From positions 1,223 through 65,222 of the forward strand of contig JANXXK010000271.1 of NCBI GenBank assembly GCA_025350685.1: DNA of 64,000 bases, in the 5' to 3' direction. Made by a program: the position numbers and the translations under genes. The stretch comes from Alphaproteobacteria bacterium. GTDB taxonomy: Bacteria > Pseudomonadota > Alphaproteobacteria > Caulobacterales > Caulobacteraceae. Position 1 is the first letter of the stretch. Every line of letters begins with the position of its first letter. Under the pieces are notes generated by a model that saw only the letters and a program-made list of their open reading frames with translations, was not told the DNA's origin and ran no database searches. This document shows, one piece after another, positions 31,029-40,507 of this stretch.

Positions 31029-31651
31029 TCCAGGAAGCGCGCGAGGAGGTCGTGGCCCACGGCCTGCGACTTCTCCGGGTGGAACTGAACGCCGGCGACA
31101 TTGCCGCTGGCGACGGCGGCCGGGAACCGCTCGCCGTGCTCCACATAGGCCGCGACGTCGGCCCCGTCGCGGGGGAAAAACGCGAAGGAGTGGGTGAAAT
31201 AGACGGTCTGCCCATCCTTCAGGCCGGCGAACACCGGGTGATCGGCGACGCCGGTCAGGCTGTTCCAGCCCATGTGCGGGATCTTGATCGCGGGATCGGT
31301 CGGTTCAAGTCGCCGCACACTGCCGCCGATCCAGTCGAGGCCGGGGGTCTCGCCGAACTCCAGCCCACGCGAGGCCAACAGCTGCATGCCGACGCAGATG
31401 CCGAGGAACGGCGCGCCCCTGGCGTGGACGGCCTCGGTCATGGCTTCGGCGACGCCGGGCCGGGCCTCAAGCGCGGCCATGCAGGCGGCGAAGGCCCCGA
31501 CGCCGGGCAGCACGATACGGTCGGCGACCGCGATCACGTCGGGATCGTCGGTGACCACGATCTGGCTCTTCTCCTCCGCCACGCGAAGGAGAGCCTTTTC
31601 GGCCGAGCGCAGATTGCCCGACCCGTAATTGATCAGGGCGACGCTCTGCAT
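31016..31651 (-). CDS. hisH: IGP synthase glutamine amidotransferase subunit
   Basis: [35 protein letters not shown]. Confidence 0.98.
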   Translation of the reverse strand: MQSVALINYGSGNLRSAEKALLRVAEEKSQIVVTDDPDVIAVADRIVLPGVGAFAACMAALEARPGVAEAMTEAVHARGAPFLGICVGMQLLASRGLEFGETPGLDWIGGSVRRLEPTDPAIKIPHMGWNSLTGVADHPVFAGLKDGQTVYFTHSFAFFPRDGADVAAYVEHGERFPAAVASGNVAGVQFHPEKSQAVGHDLLARFLEWRP

Positions 31652-31662
31652 AGGGGGAAATC

Positions 31663-32268
31663 CTAGAGCACGCCCTTGGTGGAAGGGGCATGGCCATGGG
31701 TCTTGGGGTCGAGCTCGACCGCGTGGCGCAGCGCGCGGGCCAGCGCCTTGAAGCCGCTCTCGGCGATGTGGTGGGAGTTGGTCCCGTAGAGGGTCTCCAG
31801 GTGCACGCAGGCGCCGCAGTTCATGGCGAAGGCGTGGTGGAATTCCTTGAACAACTCGGTGTCCATGTCGCCGACCTTGGGCGTCTTGTAGGCCACGTTG
31901 TGGATCAGATAGGCGCGGTTGGAGAGGTCGATGGCGCAGCGCGTCAGGGTCTCGTCCATGGGGATATAGGCGTGGCCGAACCGGCGCACGCCCTTGAAGC
32001 CGTCCAGCGCCTGGTTGAACGCCTGGCCGAGCACGATGCCGGTGTCTTCCACCGTGTGGTGCATGTCGATGTGCAGGTCGCCCTTGGTCTCGATCGTCGC
32101 ATCGAAGCCGCCGTGGCGGATGAAGCTCTCCAGCATGTGGTCGTAGAAGCCGATGCCGGTGGAGACCTTGGATTCACCCGAGCCGTCCAGATCGAGCACG
32201 ATCCGGATCTGCGTCTCCTTGGTGTTGCGGACGACTTCCGCTTTTCTGGCCGTATCTGGGCGGCTCAT
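31663..32268 (-). CDS. hisB: Imidazoleglycerol-phosphate dehydratase
   Basis: RNTKETQI, DMHHTVEDTG, PMDETL, NSHHIAESGFKA. Confidence 0.98.
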   Translation of the reverse strand: MSRPDTARKAEVVRNTKETQIRIVLDLDGSGESKVSTGIGFYDHMLESFIRHGGFDATIETKGDLHIDMHHTVEDTGIVLGQAFNQALDGFKGVRRFGHAYIPMDETLTRCAIDLSNRAYLIHNVAYKTPKVGDMDTELFKEFHHAFAMNCGACVHLETLYGTNSHHIAESGFKALARALRHAVELDPKTHGHAPSTKGVL

Positions 32269-32270
32269 CT

Positions 32271-33260
32271 TCAGTATCCCTTGGCCGCCGCGAGATCCTT
32301 GAGCGAGACCTGCGGGCGCGGCCCATAGTGCGAAATCACCTCGGCCGCCGCCAGGCTGGCGAGCTGGCCGCATTGCTGCAGTGGCCGCCCCCGCGAGAGG
32401 CCGAACATGAATCCGGCTGCGTATTGGTCGCCGGCGCCGGTCGTGTCCACGACTTTCTCCACCGGTTCGGCGCGCACCGTAAGGCGCTCTCCCTGCGAAA
32501 GGATGACCGAGCCGGCGGCGCCGCGGGTGACGGCGGCAAGCTTGACGTGCGGGCGCAGCGCCTCGACGGCGGTGTCGAAGTCGGTGGTCTCGAAGAGGGC
32601 GCAGATCTCGGTGTCGTTGGCGAACAGCAGGTCCACCTGGCCCTCGATGAAGCCCATCAGAGCGGCGCGATGGCGTTCGACCACGAAGCCGTCGGAGAGG
32701 GTAAGCGCGATCATCCGCTCGGAACCGTGAGCCAGGGCCGCGGCCTTGGCGAAGGCGCGCCGCGCGGCCTCTGCGTCGAACAGATAGCCTTCCAGGTAGA
32801 CGATCTTGGCGGCCTCGATGACGTCCTTGTCGACGTCGGCGTCGGTGAACTCCACCGAGGCGCCGAGGAAGGTGCACATGGTGCGTTGCGCGTCGGGGGT
32901 GACGTTGATCATCGAGATCGCCGTGCCCGGCCCGGCCAGCAGGGGCGCATTGTCGAAACGCGCGCCGATGGCGGCCATGTCGTGGCGGAACACCTCGCCC
33001 AGCCAGTCATCGGCCACCTTGCCCATGAAGGCGCCCTTGCCGCCGAAACTTGCGAGGCCGGCGATGGAATTGGCGGCTGAGCCGCCGGAGGTTTCCACGC
33101 CCGCGGCCATCTTGGCGTAGAGCGCCGCGGACTGGGCCTGGTCGACCAGCATCATGGCGCCCTTGTCGAGACGATTGTCGGCCAGGAAGGAGTCGCTCGC
33201 CGGGGCGATCACGTCGACGATGGCGTTGCCGATCGCGGCGACGTCGTAAAGGTCCGGCAT
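32271..33260 (-). CDS. Adenosine kinase / PfkB carbohydrate kinase
   Basis: GNAIVD, GGSAANS, RTMCTFLGA, FANDTE, VDTTGAGDQYAAGF. Confidence 0.9.
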   Translation of the reverse strand: MPDLYDVAAIGNAIVDVIAPASDSFLADNRLDKGAMMLVDQAQSAALYAKMAAGVETSGGSAANSIAGLASFGGKGAFMGKVADDWLGEVFRHDMAAIGARFDNAPLLAGPGTAISMINVTPDAQRTMCTFLGASVEFTDADVDKDVIEAAKIVYLEGYLFDAEAARRAFAKAAALAHGSERMIALTLSDGFVVERHRAALMGFIEGQVDLLFANDTEICALFETTDFDTAVEALRPHVKLAAVTRGAAGSVILSQGERLTVRAEPVEKVVDTTGAGDQYAAGFMFGLSRGRPLQQCGQLASLAAAEVISHYGPRPQVSLKDLAAAKGY

Positions 33261-33336
33261 TCTTGAGCTTTCGAGCGGCAGGCCGGGCGGGCTTACAGAA
33301 ATTCAGCCCGCCCGGCAACGCAGCCCGGCCAAAGAG

Positions 33337-33501
33337 TCACGCCGTCAAGTGCGAGGCGATGAAGGTGGCCGCCGGCAGCATGAGCAGGAATCCGATGCCG
33401 ACGATGGCGACGATGCCCCATTCAGAGAGCGAGATTTTCACGTCGCCGCGTTGCGCGTGGCGCTCGGCGATGTCCAAGTGGTCGATGCAGTTGGTGGTCA
33501 T
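33337..33501 (-). CDS. Small (54 aa) single-TM hypothetical protein
   Basis: GGAGG RBS 5 nt before ATG; MTTNCIDHLDIAERHAQRGDVKISLSEWGIVAIVGIGFLLMLPAATFIASHLTA; fills an otherwise empty gap; predicted promoter upstream. Confidence 0.65.
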   Translation of the reverse strand: MTTNCIDHLDIAERHAQRGDVKISLSEWGIVAIVGIGFLLMLPAATFIASHLTA

Positions 33502-33537
33502 GGGAGCCTCCGTCAGGGCTGAGCTTCGGTTGACCAT

Positions 33538-33601
33538 GAGATAGGTCACCTAACCCCGATCGACAAAGGATAAGGCCACCCTTCAGGTGATCTCAGATCA
33601 C
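33538..33601 (-). promoter_or_regulatory. Predicted promoter of the small gene (TTGTCG-N17-TATCTC) plus LysR T-N11-A palindrome GTGATCTCAGATCAC (33587-33601)
   Basis: Perfect inverted repeat centred about 63 nt upstream of the inferred start site; overlaps the LysR stop codon. Confidence 0.6.
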
Positions 33602-34512
33602 TCGAAACGACGCAGACCCTCGGCGTCGGCTTGAGCCACCAGCCAGGTTCGGAAGCGGCGAATGTCGGGGCGGTCGGCCTTTTCCGGCAAGCTGAGAATC
33701 CACTGGCTGTAGTTCGAGAGCAGCTCGATATCGAAGGGCTTCACCAGCCGACCGGAGGCGAGCTCGTCGGCGACCAGGGCGGCTTCGGCCAGCGCCACGC
33801 CGCGACCCTGAAGCGCCGCCTCGATGGCCAAGTAGGTGTTGGAGAACAGCTGCCCGCCCCGCCAGTCGACCTCCGGCGCCCCGGCCAGCGCCAGCCAGGC
33901 GCCCCAGTCCGGCTCGGCCTGGGCAAGGTTCACGTCCCCGAACAGCTGGACCTTGGCGAGGTCGCCGGGTTGGTTGAGCGGCGTCTGCTCCAGGAGGCGC
34001 GGACTGCAAACCGGGAACATGAACAGCGAGATCAGCTTCTTCGCCGCGAAGCCCGGATAGGGCCCGCGGCCGAAGCGGATCGCCACGTCGTAGCGGTCGC
34101 GCACGAGGTCGACCGGGGCATCGATGGCGGCCAACAGCACCTGGATGTCGGGGTGGCGTTCATTGAAGAGGTGCAACCTGGGCACCAGCCAGCGGGCGGC
34201 GAAGGAGTGCATGGCGGTGACCGCCAGCACCGCCTGACGCGGATTGCGGACCTCCTGGACCGCCTCCTCGATCACGGCAATTCCCTGGCGCACGCCGATG
34301 GCCAGGCGCTGGCCGGTCTCGGTGAGGCGGACGGCGCGGTTGAAGCGCTCGAAGAGGCGCACGGCGAGGTCGGCCTCCAGCGCCTTGATCTGCCGGCTGA
34401 CGGCGCCCGGCGTGATCGCCAGCTCCTCGGCGGCGCGCAGGAAGCTCTCGTGCCGCGCGGCCGCCTCGAAGACGCGAAGCGAGGCCAGCGGCAGGCGCGG
34501 GCGGGGGCTCAT
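33598..34512 (-). CDS. LysR family regulator, GcvA-like
   Basis: LPLASLRVFEAAARHESFLRAAEELAITPGAVSRQIKALE, FAARWLVPRL.LF, ALQGRGVALA. Confidence 0.93.
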   Translation of the reverse strand: MSPRPRLPLASLRVFEAAARHESFLRAAEELAITPGAVSRQIKALEADLAVRLFERFNRAVRLTETGQRLAIGVRQGIAVIEEAVQEVRNPRQAVLAVTAMHSFAARWLVPRLHLFNERHPDIQVLLAAIDAPVDLVRDRYDVAIRFGRGPYPGFAAKKLISLFMFPVCSPRLLEQTPLNQPGDLAKVQLFGDVNLAQAEPDWGAWLALAGAPEVDWRGGQLFSNTYLAIEAALQGRGVALAEAALVADELASGRLVKPFDIELLSNYSQWILSLPEKADRPDIRRFRTWLVAQADAEGLRRFE

Positions 34513-35219
34513 GTGCGCGAGCTTGGGGTGCGGACGAACAGGTGGCGGCTCGGGCAGAGGTCGCCCACCGGGCAGTCCTCGCACTTCGGCCCCTGAGCCT
34601 TGCAGACATAGCGGCCGTGCAGGATCAGCCAGTGGTGAGCGCGGGTCTGCAGGGGCGCCGGGGTTATGGCCATCAGCTCCGCCTCGACCTGGTCCGGCGT
34701 CTTGCCGCGCGCCAGGCCCAGGCGGTGGGAGACGCGGAAGACGTGAGTGTCGACCGCGATGGCCGGCTCGATGCGTAGCTCGTTCAGCACCACCGAGGCG
34801 GTCTTGCGCCCGACGCCAGGCAGGGCCTGCAGCGCCTCACGGGTGAGCGGCACCTGCCCGCCATACTGCTCGACCAGGATCTTCGCCGTCGCCAGCACGC
34901 TCTTGGCCTTCATGTTGTAGAGGCCGATGGATGAGATGAACGGCTTCAGCCCCGCCTCGCCAAGCGCCAGCATTTTCTGCGGCGTGTCCGCGACCTTGAA
35001 CAGCCGGGCGGTGGCCTTGTTCACCGAGACGTCGGTGGCCTGGGCCGACAGCGCCACGGCGGTGACCAGCTCATAGGGGCTGGCATAGTCGAGCTCCGTT
35101 CGCGGGTCGCTCTCCTGGTCCTCGAACCGGCGGAAGATCTCGGCGATGCGCGCCTGTTCGGCGGGCGCCAGGCGCCTCTTCCGGGCGGCGGGCTTTCGGG
35201 ACGTCGGGGGCTTGGCCAT
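34509..35219 (-). CDS. nth: Endonuclease III
   Basis: LSAQATD, LPGVGRKTA (HhH), AVDTHVFRV, HHWLILHGRYVCKAQGPKCEDCPVGDLC (4Fe-4S). Confidence 0.98.
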   Translation of the reverse strand: MAKPPTSRKPAARKRRLAPAEQARIAEIFRRFEDQESDPRTELDYASPYELVTAVALSAQATDVSVNKATARLFKVADTPQKMLALGEAGLKPFISSIGLYNMKAKSVLATAKILVEQYGGQVPLTREALQALPGVGRKTASVVLNELRIEPAIAVDTHVFRVSHRLGLARGKTPDQVEAELMAITPAPLQTRAHHWLILHGRYVCKAQGPKCEDCPVGDLCPSRHLFVRTPSSRT

Positions 35220-35286
35220 GTGCGGGCAAGATGGCGGCGCCGACCCCCTTCGCCAAGGCGGATTCCGGGCCTATGGTCGCCGGCAG

Positions 35287-35760
35287 ATGCTCAGCCTCAC
35301 CTACATGGACGCGGTGATCACCCCGCACCGCTCGCTCTCGGAGCGAGGTTTCATCATCCTCATCGCCGTGGTGACCGTCGCCAACTGCATTTCCGCCGCC
35401 GTGTTCGTGCGGATGGGGGCGGTCTATGTGCCGTTCTTCCTGGGCGTCGACGGGGCGGCGCTGATCATCGCCTTCTCCGCGAGCTTCCGGGCGGCGCGGC
35501 GGGTCGAGCGGGTGCAGGTGACCGCCCGCGACATCGTGGTGACCCACGAGACCCCCCACTGGCGCAAGGTGGTCTGGGAAAGCCCGACGGCCTTCACCCG
35601 CATCGCCGTCGAGGAGGAGGACGGGCGCAACGTCGGCCTGCGGCTGGCGCTCTCCGGGAAACAGGTTCCCGTCGCCCAGGCGCTCAGCCCGCGCGAACGC
35701 GCCGAATTCGCCAAGGCCCTGGAAACGGCGATCTGGGAAGCGCGCCGGGAGCGGGGCTAG
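35287..35760 (+). CDS. DUF2244 family membrane protein
   Basis: DAVITPHRSLS, two TMs, V..FLG.D, LSPRERAEFAKALE; divergent from nth as is usual. Confidence 0.85.
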   Translation: MLSLTYMDAVITPHRSLSERGFIILIAVVTVANCISAAVFVRMGAVYVPFFLGVDGAALIIAFSASFRAARRVERVQVTARDIVVTHETPHWRKVVWESPTAFTRIAVEEEDGRNVGLRLALSGKQVPVAQALSPRERAEFAKALETAIWEARRERG

Positions 35761-36638
35761 GCGGGCTTCTCCACCTCGATGATCTGGTCGAACACCAGCG
35801 CCCACTTGCCGACGCGCCGTTGCCAGACCCGCACATAGTGGCCGCGCCCCGTGTCCCCCCGACCTTTGTCCCAACGCGCGTCGCCATAGGTCCAGGCCAA
35901 GTCGCCGGCTTTTGATGCGCCGCCGCCCAGGGGGCTGAAGGCGACGGTTGCGGCCCGGGTGGCGAGCTCGCCATCGACGGCGGCCGGGGTCGTGGCCGGT
36001 GGCCGGTGGGAGCCCTGAACGCGGGCGTCGCGCGCCAGGACCGCCTTCAGCGCTGCCGCCGAATTGGATTTGGCGAGGCTGGCGATGCGGATCTCCGCGG
36101 CGCGGACCTGATCCATGGCCTTTTCGGTGGCGCGCGGCGCGGCGTCGCCGGCAGGAAGGGTCAGCGGCGCCGTCGTGGGTCCTGGGGCGACCGAACCATC
36201 GGCGTCGAAGCCGCCGTCATAGACCCACTTCCAGCCGCCGTCCGGCTGCCGGGTCCAGACGGTGAAGTAGAAGATCGCCGGCTTGCCGCCGTTGATCGTC
36301 GCCGGGCCGGTCGTGAAGCCGAGGTCGCCCGAGCGCGCGATGCCGGCGAAGTTGGGCCACCAGGCAAGCAGCGGGCCGCCTTCTTTCGGCGTCTTGCCGG
36401 GCGGGCGGGCCGAGTAGAAGGCCTTGGCGCTCACCGGGTCGGGCCCGAAGATGATCGCCTGGTCGGACATGTATTCGAGGAAGCTGGGCGCGATGCCGAT
36501 GACCGCGGCGCGGGCGGCAAAGGCGCGCTCGGCGGCGATCACCGGGGCGGGATCGGCGGGCCCTACGGCGGGAGCATGGGCTTGGGCGGACGACACCAGC
36601 AGTCCGGCGGCGGCGAGCGCCATCAGGATTTTCGACAC
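35757..36638 (-). CDS. Secreted protein with two NTF2/SnoaL-like (DUF4440) domains
   Basis: Signal peptide; two repeats: VIAAERAFAA...SGDLGFTTGP...YFTVWTRQPDGGWKWVYDGG and AGDLAWTYG...YVRVWQRR.GKWALVFD. Confidence 0.75.
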   Translation of the reverse strand: MSKILMALAAAGLLVSSAQAHAPAVGPADPAPVIAAERAFAARAAVIGIAPSFLEYMSDQAIIFGPDPVSAKAFYSARPPGKTPKEGGPLLAWWPNFAGIARSGDLGFTTGPATINGGKPAIFYFTVWTRQPDGGWKWVYDGGFDADGSVAPGPTTAPLTLPAGDAAPRATEKAMDQVRAAEIRIASLAKSNSAAALKAVLARDARVQGSHRPPATTPAAVDGELATRAATVAFSPLGGGASKAGDLAWTYGDARWDKGRGDTGRGHYVRVWQRRVGKWALVFDQIIEVEKPA

Positions 36639-36759
36639 GTGTAACACTCTCGGCAGCTTGTTACGCGACCCTAGGACGACCGACGTTCCGCGTCGCGCGC
36701 TGGTGCTGCGAACGGACCGTGGGTTGCGCCCGGCGGTTGAACGGCCAAGATGGCCGGCC

Positions 36760-37518
36760 ATGGCCTTCACCGACCTCGAGATCGAGCGCTACGCCCGGCA
36801 CCTGGTGCTCCGCGAGGTGGGCGGGCCAGGCCAGCAGAAGCTGAAGGGCGCAAGCGTGCTGATCGTCGGCGCCGGTGGCCTGGGCTCGCCGGCGGCGCTC
36901 TACCTGGCCGCCGCCGGGGTCGGCAAGATCGTCCTCGTCGACCCGGATACCGTCGACCTCTCCAACCTGCAGCGGCAGGTGCTCTACACCGAGGACGATC
37001 TCGGCCGGCCCAAGGCCGAGGCGGGGACCGATCGGCTGGCGGCGCTCAACCCGCATATCTTCGTTGCCGGATTCCCGGGCGCCTTCGACGCTTCGACCGC
37101 TGACGAACTGTGCAGGGACGTCGACCTGGTGCTCGATGGCACCGACGACTTCGGCGTGCGGTTCTGCGTCAACGCCGCCTGCGTGCGGCACGGCAAGCCG
37201 CTCGTCTCCGGCGCCATCGGCCGCTGGACCGGGCAGGTGGGCGTGTTCGCCGGCCAACCCTGCTACCGCTGCCTGGTGCCGGAAACCCCACCGGAGGCGG
37301 AGACCTGCGTGGCGGTGGGCGTGGTGGGCGCGCTGGCTGGCGTGATCGGCTCGATGATGGCGCTGGAGGCGATCAAGCTGGTCACCGGCGCCGGCGAGGC
37401 GCTGACCGGGCGACTGCTGATCTATGACGCGCTGTCGGCGGAGACGCGGACGGTGAGGGTGGGCGCTGATCCGGAGTGCCCAGTCTGTGGCGACCAAGTG
37501 TGTGGAGGAGCTGCATGA
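36760..37518 (+). CDS. moeB: HesA/MoeB/ThiF adenylyltransferase
   Basis: ERYARHL, VGAGGLGSP, DTVDLSNLQRQ, DGTDDF, CYRC and CPVC Zn motifs. Confidence 0.93.
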   Translation: MAFTDLEIERYARHLVLREVGGPGQQKLKGASVLIVGAGGLGSPAALYLAAAGVGKIVLVDPDTVDLSNLQRQVLYTEDDLGRPKAEAGTDRLAALNPHIFVAGFPGAFDASTADELCRDVDLVLDGTDDFGVRFCVNAACVRHGKPLVSGAIGRWTGQVGVFAGQPCYRCLVPETPPEAETCVAVGVVGALAGVIGSMMALEAIKLVTGAGEALTGRLLIYDALSAETRTVRVGADPECPVCGDQVCGGAA

Positions 37519-38168
37519 GCCAGGCGGATTGGACCCGGGTCGACGACTATATGGTGGGCGCGCTGCAACCGGCCGATCCGGCGTTGGACCAGGCCCTGGC
37601 GGACAGCGAGGCCGCCGGGCTGCCGGCCATCGCGGTGGCGCCCAACCAAGGCAAACTCTTGATGCTGCTGGCGCAGATGACCGGGGCCAGGCGGATTCTG
37701 GAGATCGGCACGCTGGGCGGCTATTCGACCATCTGGCTGGCCCGCGCCCTGGCGCCGGACGGGCGGCTGGTCAGCCTCGAATATGACGCGAAACACGCCG
37801 AGGTGGCGCGCAAGAACATCGCCCGCGCCGGCTTGGCGACCCAGGTCGAGGTGCGCGTCGGGCGCGGCGTCGACCTGCTGGCGGACGTCGAAGGCCCGAT
37901 CGACTTCGCCTTCATCGACGCCGACAAGGCGTCGAACCCGGACTATTTCACCGGGGCGCTGAGGCTATCGCGACCGGGCTCGGTGATCGTGGTCGACAAC
38001 GTGGTGCGCGGCGGCCGGGTCACCGACCCCGCGGGAGACGCCGACATCCAGGGCATCCGCAGGATGAACGCCATGATCGCCGCCGAGCCCCGGGTGAGCG
38101 CGACGGCCGTGCAAACGGTGGGGTCGAAGGGCTGGGACGGGTTCTGCCTGATCCGGGTCCAGAGCTAG
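37515..38168 (+). CDS. SAM-dependent O-methyltransferase (caffeoyl-CoA OMT-like)
   Basis: ILEIGTLGGYSTIWLA, FIDADK, VVDNVVRGG, QTVGSKGWDG. Confidence 0.92.
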   Translation: MSQADWTRVDDYMVGALQPADPALDQALADSEAAGLPAIAVAPNQGKLLMLLAQMTGARRILEIGTLGGYSTIWLARALAPDGRLVSLEYDAKHAEVARKNIARAGLATQVEVRVGRGVDLLADVEGPIDFAFIDADKASNPDYFTGALRLSRPGSVIVVDNVVRGGRVTDPAGDADIQGIRRMNAMIAAEPRVSATAVQTVGSKGWDGFCLIRVQS

Positions 38169-38177
38169 GGCCGGGCC

Positions 38178-38239
38178 CGGATCCCGGCTGGAGTTTATCC
38201 TCGGGTCGGCCTTTGGCCGAGCCCGGGGGCAGGGATGAG
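38178..38239. repeat. REP-like palindrome with internal hairpin insert (copy B)
   Basis: cggatcccggc-[tggagtttatcctcgggtcggcctttggccgagcccggggg]-cagggatgag between convergent genes. Confidence 0.6.
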
Positions 38240-38250
38240 GCGCTTGGCGG

Positions 38251-39237
38251 TCACATCATCGCCGGGATGACGCGGTCCGGCGGCTTGTGGCCGTCCATCC
38301 AGGTGCGGATGTTGATGATCACCTTCTCGCCCATGTCGATGCGGCCCTCGATGGTGGCCGAGCCGAGGTGGGGCAGCAGGACGGCGTTGGGCAGGCCAAG
38401 CAGCTTCGGATTGATGGTCGGCTCAAACTCGAAGACGTCGAGGCCGGCGCCCGCGATGGAGCCCGCTTTCAAAAGCTCGGCCAGCGCGTTTTCATCGATG
38501 ATCTCGCCGCGGGCGGTGTTGACCAGGATGGCGTGCTTCTGCAGCAGCTTCAGCCGCCGCGCCGAGAGCAGGTGGTAGGTGGCGGGCGTGTGCGGCGAGT
38601 GGACCGTGATGATGTCCATCCGCGCCAGCATCTGGTCGAGGCTCTCCCAGTAGGTGGCCTCAAGCTCCTCGGCGATGCGCGAGGAGACCGGTTTTCGGTT
38701 GTGGTAGTGGATCTGCAGGCCGAAGGCGCGCGCCCGCCGGGCGACCGCCTGGCCGATCCGGCCCATCCCGATGATCCCCAGCCGCTTGCCGGTGATCCTG
38801 TGGCCCATCATCCAGGTGGGGTTCCAGCCGTGGTACTCGCCGGCTTGCGTCACGTTGGCGCCCTCCACGATGCGGCGCGAGACCGCCATCATCAGGGCCA
38901 TGGTCAGGTCGGCGGTGTCCTCGGTCAGCACGCCCGGCGTGTTGGTGACGGTGATCCCCCTGGCGATGGCCGCGGCGACGTCGATGTGGTCGACGCCAGC
39001 CCCGAAGTTGGCGATCACCTTCAGCGTCGGCCCCGCCTTGGCGAGCAGGGCCTCATCCAGTCGGTCGGTGATGGTCGGGACCAGCACGTCGGCGCGGCCG
39101 ATGGCGTCGGCCAGCTGTTCGGCGCTCAGCGGAGCGTCGGTAAGGTTCAGTTCGGTGTCGAACAGCTCGCGCATCCGCGTCTCCACCGGATCGGGGAGTT
39201 TGCGCGTGACGATGACTTTCGGCTTGCGGGCGGCCAT
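38251..39237 (-). CDS. D-2-hydroxyacid (glyoxylate/D-glycerate) dehydrogenase
   Basis: ANFGAGVDHID, NTPGVLTEDTAD, GIIGMGRIG, NTARG, GLDVFE.EP, LPHLGSAT. Confidence 0.93.
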   Translation of the reverse strand: MAARKPKVIVTRKLPDPVETRMRELFDTELNLTDAPLSAEQLADAIGRADVLVPTITDRLDEALLAKAGPTLKVIANFGAGVDHIDVAAAIARGITVTNTPGVLTEDTADLTMALMMAVSRRIVEGANVTQAGEYHGWNPTWMMGHRITGKRLGIIGMGRIGQAVARRARAFGLQIHYHNRKPVSSRIAEELEATYWESLDQMLARMDIITVHSPHTPATYHLLSARRLKLLQKHAILVNTARGEIIDENALAELLKAGSIAGAGLDVFEFEPTINPKLLGLPNAVLLPHLGSATIEGRIDMGEKVIINIRTWMDGHKPPDRVIPAMM

Positions 39238-39334
39238 TGTTGACTGGGATACGGGCTGACTTGAAAAGAGGGAACGTTTCGTGCGCCGGTTCGCCAGCGT
39301 GATCTGATTTGCAAGAACCTCTAGCAAAGGCGTC

Positions 39335-39904
39335 ATGGGTGGCCAAGGCGAGGCGCACCGATTGAGCAAGAGAGATCGCCAGTTGCTGAAAAGCACGGCG
39401 CTCGGGGCCGTGGGCTTTTGCCTGGCCACTTCCTGCTTGGTCGGGGGGGCCGCATCGGCGGAGCGGCAGACGCCATCGGGCATGCCGGTGCCGCGCTACG
39501 TCTCGCTGAAGTTCGACAAGGTCAACGCCCGGGCCGGCCCCGGCGACGATCACAAGCTGCTTTGGGTCTATCGCGCGCGCGGCCTGCCGCTGCAGGTGAT
39601 CGCCGAGACCTCCGAATGGCGAAGGGTCTGCGACCCGGAAGGCTCGCTGGCCTGGGTGCACAAGCGGGTAACCGACGGCCGGCGCACGGCGATGAACACG
39701 CGGAGCGAGCCCGCGCCCCTCTACCGCAAGCCGAAGGACGACGCCCGACCGAGCGCCTATTTGAGCTCCAGGGCGCTGGCTGCGCTGGACCGCTGCGCCA
39801 AGGGCTGGTGCAAGGTGAAGGCCGAGCGGGCGTCGGGCTGGGTCAGGGAGGGCGCGCTCTGGGGCACCTCCGACGCCCTCCAGTGCCGCCAGCCCGGGTC
39901 GTGA
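39335..39904 (+). CDS. Secreted tandem bacterial SH3-domain protein
   Basis: TPSGMPVPRYVSLK...VNARAGPG...WRRVCDPEGSLAWVH; second SH3 CAKGWCKV. Confidence 0.9.
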   Translation: MGGQGEAHRLSKRDRQLLKSTALGAVGFCLATSCLVGGAASAERQTPSGMPVPRYVSLKFDKVNARAGPGDDHKLLWVYRARGLPLQVIAETSEWRRVCDPEGSLAWVHKRVTDGRRTAMNTRSEPAPLYRKPKDDARPSAYLSSRALAALDRCAKGWCKVKAERASGWVREGALWGTSDALQCRQPGS

Positions 39905-39967
39905 AGGCGCATTGAGCGCCTGAGCCGGCTCTGCTAGGGCCTGAACGCTCATGAATCGGAACCGCAG

Positions 39968-40483
39968 ATGACCGACCCCAAGGCCAAGGACCACTACAGC
40001 TTCGAGGAGCTGATGACCTGCGCCCGCGGCGAGATGTACGGGCCGGGCAACGCCCAGCTGCCGGCGCCGCCGATGCTGCTGTTCGACCGCATCACCAAGA
40101 TGACGGATGACGGCGGGACCCACGGCAAGGGCTACATCGAGGCCGAATTCGACATCAATCCGGACCTCTGGTTCTTCAAATGCCACTTCATCGGCGACCC
40201 GGTGATGCCCGGCAGCCTGGGCCTGGACGCGCTTTGGCAGCTGGTCGGCTTCTACCTGGGCTGGATCGGCGGCAAGGGGAGCGGCCGCGCGCTGGGCTGC
40301 GGCGAAGTGAGGTTCGGCGGCGAAGTGACACCGAAAATCAAGAAGGTCACCTATAAGATCGACATGAAGCGGGTGATCAATCGCCGGTTGGTGATGGGCG
40401 TCGGCGACGGGGTGCTGGAAGCCGACGGAATCCCCATCTATACGGCGGCGGACCTCCGCGTCGGCCTCACTAACCGGGCCTGA
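39968..40483 (+). CDS. fabA: 3-hydroxydecanoyl-ACP dehydratase/isomerase
   Basis: [33 protein letters not shown]. Confidence 0.97.
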   Translation: MTDPKAKDHYSFEELMTCARGEMYGPGNAQLPAPPMLLFDRITKMTDDGGTHGKGYIEAEFDINPDLWFFKCHFIGDPVMPGSLGLDALWQLVGFYLGWIGGKGSGRALGCGEVRFGGEVTPKIKKVTYKIDMKRVINRRLVMGVGDGVLEADGIPIYTAADLRVGLTNRA

Positions 40484-40507
40484 CGGCCCCGAATTCGGGA
40501 CGGAAAC

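Noticed and set aside
33337-33501. 54-aa peptide as an Flp/Tad pilin (SEWGIVAIV resembles IEYGLIVAL)
   Set aside because: Gly-to-Glu spacing is +8 rather than the +5 required for prepilin peptidase cleavage; no tad/cpa genes nearby.
33587-33601. A fourth operator for the TetR at 524
   Set aside because: Arms match (GTGAT/ATCAC) but the spacer is 5 nt, not 6, and it lies 33 kb away; position and T-N11-A form fit the adjacent LysR better.
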